From Treponemataceae bacterium (lineage in GTDB: Bacteria > Spirochaetota > Spirochaetia > Treponematales > Rectinemataceae), in assembly GCA_963677895.2 (NCBI GenBank), contig CAXXGJ010000033.1, positions 1-14,038 of the forward strand: DNA of 14,038 nt. Direction: 5' to 3'. Within the stretch, counting starts at the first letter, position 1. Each line of letters begins with the position of its first letter. Under the pieces are notes generated by a model. It was not told the origin of the DNA. It was given only the letters and a program-made list of their open reading frames with translations, and searched no databases. This document shows, piece by piece, positions 6,984 to 14,038 of this stretch. Position numbers and translations under genes: made by a program.

Positions 6984-8385
6984 TCAGCTCAGCCGGGAGA
7001 GGCGTTCAAGAGTGCGCGCGCGCCCGAACAGCTCGAGCACCTGATCGATGGAAGGTGTGTGTTCGACACCGAATAGCGCGACCCGCAGAGGAATCGCCAG
7101 AAGGTGCATCTTCTTGAGCCCCTGCTCGGCACAGGTCGCCTTGATCGCGTCGTTCAGCGCCGCGGCATTCCATTCGACCTCGGCGAGTTTGGCCTTCAGG
7201 TTCGCCAGCGCCGCCCTTCCCGCCTCGCCCAGATGCTTTTCGACGAGCGCTGGCGGGATTTCGAACTCGGCATAGAAAGGTTCAAGCGAATCGGCCAGCT
7301 GAACCAGCGTGTTGGCGCGCTCGCGGTAGAGCGCGACCAGAGCGGGCAGATCCACCCCACCCGTCACCTCGACTCCGCGCTGAGCGAGCCGCTGCGCAGC
7401 CAGTTCAGCGAGGCGCAGCGGGGGCCAACTCACGCAGGTAGTGCGCGTTGAGCCAGTCGAGCTTACCGAAGTCAAACTGCGCCGCCGACGGCGTGATGCG
7501 GTCGAGGTCGAACCATTCAACGAGCTTCTCGCGGGAGAACACTTCGTCATCACCGTGGCTCCAACCCAGGCGGGCCAGATAATTGATCACCGCATCAGGC
7601 AGATAGCCGTCCGCGTCGTACTGCATCACGCTGACCGCTCCGTGACGCTTGGAGAGCTTCTGCCCATCCGGACCGAGAATCATCGACAGGTGCGCATACT
7701 CGGGCACTTCAGCGCCGAGCGCGTGCAGGATGTTGATCTGGCGTGGAGTGTTGTTGACGTGGTCGTCGCCGCGGATGACATGGGTGATGTTCATATCCCA
7801 GTCATCGATGACGACACAGAAATTGTAGGTCGGAGTGCCGTCCGGGCGGGCAATGATCAGATCGTCGAGCTCGGCGTTATCGAACTCGATCGCACCCTTG
7901 ACGATGTCGTTCCAGCCCACCTTACCCGAAGTCGGATTGCGGAAGCGAACGACCGGCTTGACGCCTTCGGGCACGGCCGGCAGGACCTTGCCCGGTTCGG
8001 GACGCCAGCGCCCGTCGTAACGGGGTTTCTCGCCGCGGGCACGCTGAGCTTCGCGGATCTCGGTGAGTTCCTCGGGGGTCGTGTAGCACAGATAGGCCCG
8101 GCCATCGGCGAGCATCTCAGTGATCACCTGACGATAGCGGTCCATTCTCTGCATCTGATAGAAAGGGCCTTCGTCCCAGTCCAGCCCCAGCCATTTCATG
8201 CCGTCGAGGATCGCCTGAACCGCCTCGGGCGTCGAGCGCGCGAGGTCGGTATCCTCGATCCGCAGGATGAAATCGCCGCCGTGATGGCGGGCGTAGGCCC
8301 AGGAGAAAAGTGCGGTGCGCGCGCCTCCGATATGGAGAAAACCGGTCGGGCTGGGAGCAAAGCGGGTACGGATACGTCTGGCCAT
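6984..8385 (-). CDS. gltX: Glutamate--tRNA ligase (one apparent +1 indel near 7420)
   Basis: [16 protein letters not shown] (HIGH), [23 protein letters not shown] (KMSKS) and the C-terminal anticodon-binding domain (PLRVAL.G...TPSI), joined across ORFs 7405..8385 and 6984..7553. Confidence 0.96.
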
Positions 8386-8452
8386 GAAAACTGTCCGGAG
8401 AAAATTTCAACGCAGCCATTTTACCGGACGCCAGGACATCGCGCGCAGATCA

Positions 8453-8481
8453 TTGACCTCTGGCGAACTTGTCGCTACCAT
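8453..8481 (+). promoter_or_regulatory. Sigma70 promoter for the tRNA-Val pair
   Basis: TTGACC (8453-8458), 17-nt spacer, TACCAT (8476-8481), 28 bp before the first tRNA. Confidence 0.75.
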
Positions 8482-8509
8482 AGCGAGCTTCGCGTTATTC
8501 GCGGTCGAA

Positions 8510-8585
8510 GGGCAGTTAGCTCAGTGGTAGAGCATCGCCTTCACACGGCGGGGGTCACTGGTTCGATCCCCAGTACTGCCCACCA
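8510..8585 (+). tRNA. tRNA-Val(CAC), copy 1 (one extra C in the T arm)
   Basis: GGGCAGT/ACTGCCC acceptor stem, TAGCTCAG..GGTAGAGC D arm, anticodon loop TT-CAC-AC, GGTTCGAT T loop, encoded ACCA end. Confidence 0.95.
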
Positions 8586-8609
8586 TCCTTCGATCGCATA
8601 AGCACCCCC

Positions 8610-8684
8610 GGGCAGTTAGCTCAGCGGTAGAGCATCGCCTTCACACGGCGGGGGTCACTGGTTCGATCCCAGTACTGCCCACCA
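8610..8684 (+). tRNA. tRNA-Val(CAC), copy 2
   Basis: Same cloverleaf as copy 1 with a canonical T arm ACTGG-TTCGATC-CCAGT and ACCA end. Confidence 0.97.
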
Positions 8685-8729
8685 TCTCCAGAATCTTCAA
8701 ACTCCCCGGGAAAGTGTCCCCGGGCGAGC

Positions 8730-8758
8730 TTGACAGCTCATTTTCCGCTGGTTATAAA
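8730..8758 (+). promoter_or_regulatory. Sigma70 promoter for the HU gene
   Basis: TTGACA (8730-8735), 17-nt spacer, TATAAA (8753-8758). Confidence 0.75.
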
Positions 8759-8868
8759 GTCCCGACAGCTTGGTGCGGTGCGGAAACCCAGTGCCGACAA
8801 GGTTTTTGGCCGGGTTTACCGGGTTTGCCAGGATTTCCATTTCTCACGACCGAATTGAGGGGATTTCT

Positions 8869-9141
8869 GTGAATAAGTCCGAACTGATTGACCATGTCGC
8901 CCAGGATGCCGGAATATCAAAAGTCGATGCCGGGCGAGCCATCGACGCGCTGATCGAAACCGTCAAACAGTCCCTGAAAAAAGGGGAAGACGTAACCCTG
9001 GTGGGTTTCGGCACCTTCACGGTCGGAGAGCGTGCCGCCCGAAGCGGCCGCAACCCCCAGACCGGCGAGACGATTGCGATCGAAGCCGCCAAGGTTCCGA
9101 AATTCCGCGCTGGCAAGGCGCTCAAGGATGGGTTAAACTAG
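8869..9141 (+). CDS. hupB: DNA-binding protein HU (90 aa)
   Basis: GTG start after GAGG RBS. MNKSELID...VTLVGFGTF...[31 protein letters not shown] is a classic HU sequence. The beta-subunit label is an inference. Confidence 0.93.
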   Translation: MNKSELIDHVAQDAGISKVDAGRAIDALIETVKQSLKKGEDVTLVGFGTFTVGERAARSGRNPQTGETIAIEAAKVPKFRAGKALKDGLN

Positions 9142-9184
9142 CCGGCTTCGTTCTGACAGGGCGCTTTCCTGTCAAGCGACAGGC

Positions 9185-9260
9185 GGGTGCTTAGCTCAGT
9201 TGGTAGAGCGTCGCCCTTACAAGGCGAATGTCGGCGGTTCGAGCCCGTCAGCACCCACCA
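9185..9260 (+). tRNA. tRNA-Val(TAC)
   Basis: GGGTGCT/AGCACCC acceptor stem, anticodon arm TCGCC-CT-TAC-AA-GGCGA, GGTTCGAG T loop, ACCA end. Confidence 0.97.
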
Positions 9261-9277
9261 TGAAATACCGCAAAATC

Positions 9278-9305
9278 AAGGACTTGAGCAATCAAGTCCT
9301 TTTTT
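9278..9305 (+). terminator. Intrinsic terminator after tRNA-Val(TAC)
   Basis: AAGGACTTGA-GCAA-TCAAGTCCTT followed by a T run. Confidence 0.85.
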
Positions 9306-9424
9306 GTTGCCTGTCGGAAACGCAATCAAAACAGCCTCTGCCACCCGTGGATTCGCCCAGCCACCTCTGCGCTGGCAGGGCGCGACAAGGCTCAGTTCGC
9401 CCTGTCGCCCCCCTCGTCAATGAC

Positions 9425-10106
9425 TCAGGCCTTGAGCAGCCCCAGCAGTTCGTGCGCGACGAGCTCCGACGATGCCGGATTCTGGCCGGTGACGAGGTGG
9501 CCATCGACCAGTGCATAAGGCGCCCAGTCCGGGCCTTTCGAATAGTCGCCGCCATTGGCCTTGAGCATGTCCTCGACGAGGAAAGGCACGATGTTGGTGA
9601 GCTGAACGGCCTCCTCTTCGGTATTGGTGAAGCCGGTGACCCGGCGTCCCTTGACCAGCGGATCCCCGTTGGCGGCGCGAGTGTGACGGAAGATGCCCGG
9701 GGCGTGGCAGACCGCGGCGACGGGTTTGCCGGCCGCGAACATCGTCTCGATCAGCGAGATGGACTTCGCGTCCTCGGCGAGGTCCCAGAGCGGGCCGTGG
9801 CCGCCCGGATAGAACACCGCATCGAAATCACCCGGGTCGATATCGGCGAGTTTGTGCGTCGCGGCCAGCTGCGCGATGCTGGCTTCGTCAGCCTTGAAAG
9901 CGCAGCGTCGCATCGGTCTGGGCGCTAGGATCATCGCTTTTCGGATCCAGCGGCGGTTGCCCGCCCAGCGGCGAAGCCAGAGTGATGTCGGCGCCCGCAT
10001 CCTTGAAGACGTAATAGGGAGCGGCGAACTCTTCGAGCCAGAAGCCGGTCTTCTTGCCCGTATCGCCCAGTTGATCGTGCGAAGTCAAAACCATCAGAAT
10101 TTTCAT
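9425..10106 (-). CDS. DJ-1/PfpI family (type 1 glutamine amidotransferase-like, glyoxalase III-like) protein; +1 indel near 9898
   Basis: MKILMVLTSHDQLGDTGKKTGFWLEEFAAPYY, FYPGGHGPLWDL, nucleophile elbow AVCHAP and TGQNPASS. GGAG RBS 6 nt before ATG 10106. Confidence 0.92.
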
Positions 10107-10120
10107 CGTGTTCTCCATGA

Positions 10121-11151
10121 TTATTCGTCGGTGCCGACCTGGATGATCAGCTTGCCGAAGTTGTGCCCCTGCAGCAGGCCGATGAAGGCCTGAGGAGCGT
10201 TTTCAAGACCGCTGACGATGTCTTCACGATAGCGGACGGTTCCGTTGCCGACCCACTCGCCCATCGCCTTCAGGAACTCCGGGTAGCGCGAAGCGTAGTC
10301 GTCGAAAATGATGAAGCCCTGGATGCGGATGCGCCGGGTCCAGCAGCGTGCGCATCAAAAGTGGGCTGCGATCGGGCCCCGCGGGCAACTCGGTCGCGTT
10401 GTACTGCGCGATCAGGCCGCACAGCGGCACCCGCGCGCCGGTGTTGAGCAGAGGCAGCACCGCGTCGAAGACGGCTCCGCCCACGTTCTCGAAATACACG
10501 TCGATGCCCTGCGGGCAGGCAGCCGCCAGCTCAGCGGCGAGTTCGGGGCTGCGGTGATCCAGACAGGCATCGAAGCCGAACTCCTCGACCGCGTAGCGGC
10601 ATTTCTCGGCGCCGCCAGCGATGCCGACGACGCGGCAGCCCTTGAGTTTCGCGATCTGCCCGACGACAGAACCGACCGCGCCGGTCGCCGCCGCGACGAC
10701 GACCGTCTCGCCTGTCTTGGGCTGCCCGATCTCCAGCAGGCCCATGTAGGCGGTGAAGCCCGTCATTCCCAGCACGCCGAGCGCAAGCGAAGGCTTGGCC
10801 ATCCCGCTCAGCTTGTGCAGACCGACCCCGTCGGAGAGCGCATGGCTTTGCCACCCCGTATAGGCCAGCACCCACTCACCGGCCTGATAATCGGGGTGAC
10901 GCGAAGCCTCGACCCTGCAGACGGTGGCGCCGACCATCACGTCGCCCTCTATTCATCGCCGCCGCGTAGGATTTGGCCGCGCTCATCCGGCTGCGCATAT
11001 AAGGATCGAGCGACAGATAGACCGTGCGCAGCAGGAGCTGTCCGTCCTCGGGCTGAGGAAGCGGACCGTTTTCGATGCGGAAGTTCGCGACGGTAGGCGC
11101 GCCCTCGGGTCGCGAGGCGAGAAGCACTCGCGTGTTTTGTCCGGGTGTCAT
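10121..11151 (-). CDS. curA: NADPH-dependent alkenal/curcumin reductase-like MDR oxidoreductase (CurA/YncB, prostaglandin-reductase family); indels near 10945 and 10340
   Basis: LASRPEG, YLSLDPYMR, LGVLGMTGFTAY.GL, AAATGAVGSVVGQIAK, GIDVYFENVGG, CGLIAQYN and C-terminal GHNFGKLII. ATG overlaps the upstream stop (TGATG). Confidence 0.9.
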
Positions 11152-12317
11152 CACAGCGCTTGCTCCAGAATTTTGCGGCTCACAGACAGATCGACGTCCT
11201 TGTGCTCGCCGAGCGCGACCATGCCGTGCGCTTCGAGCTGCGACAGGATCGCAGCAATCCCATCAGCATCGACGCCATAAGCGGACAGCCGGGTCGGCAA
11301 GCCAAGGGACTCGAAGAAGGCGCGGGTGCGGGCTATCGCCGCATCGATGCGCCCTTCCTCATCCCCTTCCTCATCCCCTTCACGGATCCCCCAGACGCGC
11401 TCGGCGTACTGCAGCAGTTTGGCGCGCTTGGCTTCGCGGCGGACCTGCAGATTGGCCGGCAGCACGGCAGCCAGCGTCCGGGCATGGTCAATGTTGTACT
11501 TCGCGGTCAGCTCGTGACCCAGGACATGGGTACTCCAGTCCTGAGGCACCCCCGCCCCGATCAGCCCGTTCAAGGCCAGCGTGGCGGTCCACATCAGGTT
11601 GGCCCGGGCGGAGTAGTCGGTACTTTCAACGGCCAGAGGCCCTTGCTCGATCAGGGTCAGCAACAGGCCTTCGGCCAGTCGGTCCTGAACGTGGCCGCCC
11701 GCCGGAAAAGTCAGGTATTGCTCGATGGTGTGGATGAAGGAATCGACCACGCCATTGGCGAGCTGACGCTGCGGCAGCGTATTGGTTTTGACCGGGTCGA
11801 GAATCGAGAACACCGGAAACAGCAGAGGGCTGAAGAAGGGCAGCTTGGCGCCTTGCGCCTTGATCGTGACCACCCCTCCGCTGTTCATCTCGGAGCCCGT
11901 CGCCGGCAGGGTCAGTACCACGCCCAGCGGAAGGGTCTGAGCGATCTTGCGGCCGAAAGTGTGGAGAATTTCGATCGGCTCGCCCTCGTAGCGCGCCGCG
12001 GCGGCGACGAATTTGGTTCCGTCGATGACCGAGCCACCTCCGACCGCGAGCAGGAAGTCGATGCGATTCTTCTTCACCTCCTCGACGGCCCGCATCATCG
12101 TTTCAAAGCTGGGGTTCGGTTCGATGCCGCTGAATTCGAACACCTGACGCTCACCGAGTGCGGCGCGCACTTCGGCGAGCGTGCCATTCTTGCGCGCGCT
12201 CTCGCCTCCCAGCAGGATCAGCACCCTGGCCTGGGCCGGCACCAGAGTCGCCAGCTCAGCGAGCTTGCCTTCACCGAAGGCGATTCGGGTCGGATTGTAG
12301 AAATCGAAGTTTTGCAT
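11151..12317 (-). CDS. yqhD: Iron-containing-family alcohol dehydrogenase, YqhD-like aldehyde reductase (388 aa)
   Basis: NFDFYNPTRI.FG, GIEPNP, AVGGGSVIDGTKF, TLPATGSEMN, and metal ligands in VDSFIH, DWSTH and IDHARTLA. GGAGG RBS. Confidence 0.92.
   Translation of the reverse strand: MQNFDFYNPTRIAFGEGKLAELATLVPAQARVLILLGGESARKNGTLAEVRAALGERQVFEFSGIEPNPSFETMMRAVEEVKKNRIDFLLAVGGGSVIDGTKFVAAAARYEGEPIEILHTFGRKIAQTLPLGVVLTLPATGSEMNSGGVVTIKAQGAKLPFFSPLLFPVFSILDPVKTNTLPQRQLANGVVDSFIHTIEQYLTFPAGGHVQDRLAEGLLLTLIEQGPLAVESTDYSARANLMWTATLALNGLIGAGVPQDWSTHVLGHELTAKYNIDHARTLAAVLPANLQVRREAKRAKLLQYAERVWGIREGDEEGDEEGRIDAAIARTRAFFESLGLPTRLSAYGVDADGIAAILSQLEAHGMVALGEHKDVDLSVSRKILEQAL
11352..11381. repeat. In-frame 12-bp tandem repeat (2.5 copies) inside the yqhD-like gene
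   Basis: CCCTTCCTCATC x2 + CCCTTC, encoding EGDEEGDEEG. Confidence 0.9.
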
Positions 12318-12333
12318 CTAAGCCTCCACTTAT

Positions 12334-12348
12334 TAGACCGGTCGTCTA
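12334..12348. promoter_or_regulatory. TetR/NemR-type operator upstream of the yqhD-like gene
   Basis: TAGACCGGTCGTCTA (TAGAC-N5-GTCTA palindrome), identical to 13010-13024 and similar to the E. coli NemR box TAGACC-N4-GGTCTA. Confidence 0.85.
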
Positions 12349-12397
12349 TTTTCAATCCAAAATAAACGGCGTCACAACAACGCCGCTCAGAAATTGC

Positions 12398-12988
12398 TTA
12401 CTTCAGGCCGAGCATCTCGCGCGTCGCCGCGAGGGCCGAGTCCAGAGTGCTGTCATCGCGTCTCAACTTGGCCAACAGGCTCGCCCCCAGCCAGGTCTCG
12501 TACAGCCACAGCGCCAGGTCCGGCGCGGCACGCGGGTTCAGGATGGAGCCATCCCCCTGCCCGGCCGCAATGCACTCGGCTAGACGCGCCAGGATGTCCT
12601 CGGTACCCTTGAGCATCGTCGAGCGCATCGCATCGGACAGATCCGCCACTTCCGCCGCGAGCTTGACGATCAGGCACTTGCCGCTGTCATCCTCGCCGCC
12701 CTGGATCTCGATCCAGCGCTGCAGGTAAAGACCCAGACGCTCGGCGCCCGTCCTGGCTTCCCGAGCGAAGAGTGCGTCCATCCGCTGCAGATAACCCGCG
12801 AAATACGATTCGAGCAAGGCATCGCCGTAGAGCTCTTTCGACGCGAAGTAATGGTAGAAAGAGCCTTTCGGCACGCCTGCGCTGTTCAGAATCTCGGTCA
12901 GCCCCACTCCGACAAAGCCCCGGGCCGCGATCAGGCGCTGGCCGCAGTCGAGGATGTGTTGACGAGTATCGAGGAATTTTTCTTTCAC
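12398..12988 (-). CDS. nemR: TetR-family repressor, NemR-like (196 aa)
   Basis: HTH region GF.GVGL.EIL..AGVPKGSFYHYF.SKE, and C-terminal KCLIVKLAAEVADLS resembling E. coli NemR CLTVKLSAEVCDLS with its redox-sensing Cys. Start placed at GTG 12988. Confidence 0.85.
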   Translation of the reverse strand: MKEKFLDTRQHILDCGQRLIAARGFVGVGLTEILNSAGVPKGSFYHYFASKELYGDALLESYFAGYLQRMDALFAREARTGAERLGLYLQRWIEIQGGEDDSGKCLIVKLAAEVADLSDAMRSTMLKGTEDILARLAECIAAGQGDGSILNPRAAPDLALWLYETWLGASLLAKLRRDDSTLDSALAATREMLGLK

Positions 12989-12995
12989 GGACCCG

Positions 12996-13024
12996 ACTCT
13001 ACACAAGAATAGACCGGTCGTCTA
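12996..13024 (-). promoter_or_regulatory. Promoter of the TetR gene overlapped by the second operator
   Basis: Minus strand TAGACG (13024-13019), 17-nt spacer, TAGAGT (13001-12996). Operator TAGACCGGTCGTCTA at 13010-13024 covers the -35 element. Confidence 0.7.
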
Positions 13025-13124
13025 GTTTTATTGCGAAACAGCTCGAACGCGCGCCTTCACCCCCACGTGGACGGCAGGGAACCTGGATAGGCCCTCGCCC
13101 AGCAGCGCAAATCGCCCCGGGCGC

Positions 13125-13592
13125 TCAGCCCAGACTTGCCCGCGGCGGCACGAACGCGCGCTGGCGGGCCAAGCCTCCGGCGAGAAGCGCGAAGTCGGAA
13201 TCCTCGTATTCGGCTTCGAGCACTTCGAGCACCCAAACCCCGACCAGATTGGCCTTCCCGCTTTCGGCGTGAAGGCGCTCGTGCACATCTTGGAAAAGGC
13301 GGCCAAGAAAGTGCCGCTCGACCGTCTGGGCAACGATATTGAGGAATTCGCCGCTCTGCGCGCCAAAGCCCAGAGTCAGGCGCTGCTGCAGGCCAAGCGT
13401 GCGGATCAGCTTGCGATCGCTGGCGAGCTGGCTCTTCAATTCAAGCAACAGCAGGCGCCCATCCGGAGCCAGATGGACGGCCGGATTGAGCATCAGGCGG
13501 GTATGCCCATTGTCGGACATCACGATGATCCGGGTGCTCTCTTCCGCTGCGATCAACGCGCGCTGGCTGGCTGTCAGGGGACGGGTATCCAT
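13125..13592 (-). CDS. Hypothetical protein, probable degenerate pyridoxamine-5'-phosphate-oxidase-like split-barrel fold (155 aa)
   Basis: GGAG RBS. Pattern RIIVMSDNGH.RL...VHLAPDGRLLLLEL...L...GEFLNI...G.LFQ...LVGVWVLEV recalls PNPOx-like proteins, judged from memory and not searched. Confidence 0.55.
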   Translation of the reverse strand: MDTRPLTASQRALIAAEESTRIIVMSDNGHTRLMLNPAVHLAPDGRLLLLELKSQLASDRKLIRTLGLQQRLTLGFGAQSGEFLNIVAQTVERHFLGRLFQDVHERLHAESGKANLVGVWVLEVLEAEYEDSDFALLAGGLARQRAFVPPRASLG

Positions 13593-13866
13593 CGTTCTCT
13601 CCAGAGGAAAACCTGCAATCCGATTCCGGATCCACCGGAATGATCGAAACTTTCACTGAAGATTACCCGCGCCCATCGGCGCTGTGGAAATACAAAAACC
13701 TTATTAGCTTCGACACAAAGCCTGATGCCCCCTGCCGTTTTGTCCGGCATGTATAAGCATCTGAAAAACCGTTCGTTCTCTCTATCCACTGATCGGCAAG
13801 CCGTACAGTGAAACAAGTGCCCGGCATGACGGGCTCGTCTTTAGCGTGATCACGTCCGGAGTTCCC

Positions 13867-14038
13867 ATGCCATCCAGCGTCCCTTCCTTTCTCGAACAAC
13901 TGGCGCGTCACCCTGAGACCGACAAACGGCTGTGGCTGGATACCGAACAGCGAGTCGTTGGAAAATTCCTGCGCTGCCAACTCGCCAGCGTCTTCCAGCC
14001 CGTCATCGACCTGAACGAGCAGACGAGTTTCGCCCGTG
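13867..14038 (+). CDS. N-terminus of a probable EAL-domain (c-di-GMP phosphodiesterase-like) protein, truncated by window edge
   Basis: GGAG RBS then MPSSVPSFLEQLARHPETDKRLWLDTEQRVVGKFLRCQLASVFQPVIDLNEQTSFAR. L.SVFQPVIDL is the first strand of EAL domains. Confidence 0.7.
   Translation, partial: MPSSVPSFLEQLARHPETDKRLWLDTEQRVVGKFLRCQLASVFQPVIDLNEQTSFAR

Noticed and set aside
7405..7430. Programmed frameshift or phase variation in gltX and other genes
   Set aside because: The breaks share no slippery motif and are scattered across unrelated genes and a tRNA; sequencing error is simpler.
7441..8601. 386-aa plus-strand ORF
   Set aside because: Antisense to gltX and runs through a tRNA gene.
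8510..8684. Direct repeat considered as a CRISPR or att duplication
   Set aside because: Both units are complete tRNA genes; there are no spacers, cas genes or integrase.
11145..12365. 406-aa plus-strand ORF
   Set aside because: Antisense mirror of the yqhD-like gene.

Overview
GC-rich, probably betaproteobacterial chromosomal segment (taxonomy inferred from gene content and protein style). From left to right: the 3' end of recJ (+); a minus-strand motility block flhD-flhC-motA-motB-[stand-alone CheA-P1-like Hpt]-cheR-cheB-[STAS anti-anti-sigma], with no cheY, cheW, cheZ, cheD, MCP or CheA kinase core; a small minus-strand gene upstream of flhD that the ORF track missed and that sits behind a sigma28-type promoter; gltX divergent from two tRNA-Val(CAC), an HU gene and tRNA-Val(TAC); a minus-strand reactive-carbonyl detox cluster (NemR-like TetR, YqhD-like, CurA/YncB-like, DJ-1/PfpI) with two identical operators; a PNPOx-like split-barrel gene; and the start of a divergent EAL-domain gene. 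Many genes, including essential gltX, carry indels, mostly apparent single-base insertions. These are best read as sequencing or assembly errors, so the gene models are stitched across them. The most interesting items are the reduced Hpt-CheR-CheB-STAS module and the hidden sigma28-driven small gene plus regulatory array upstream of flhDC.
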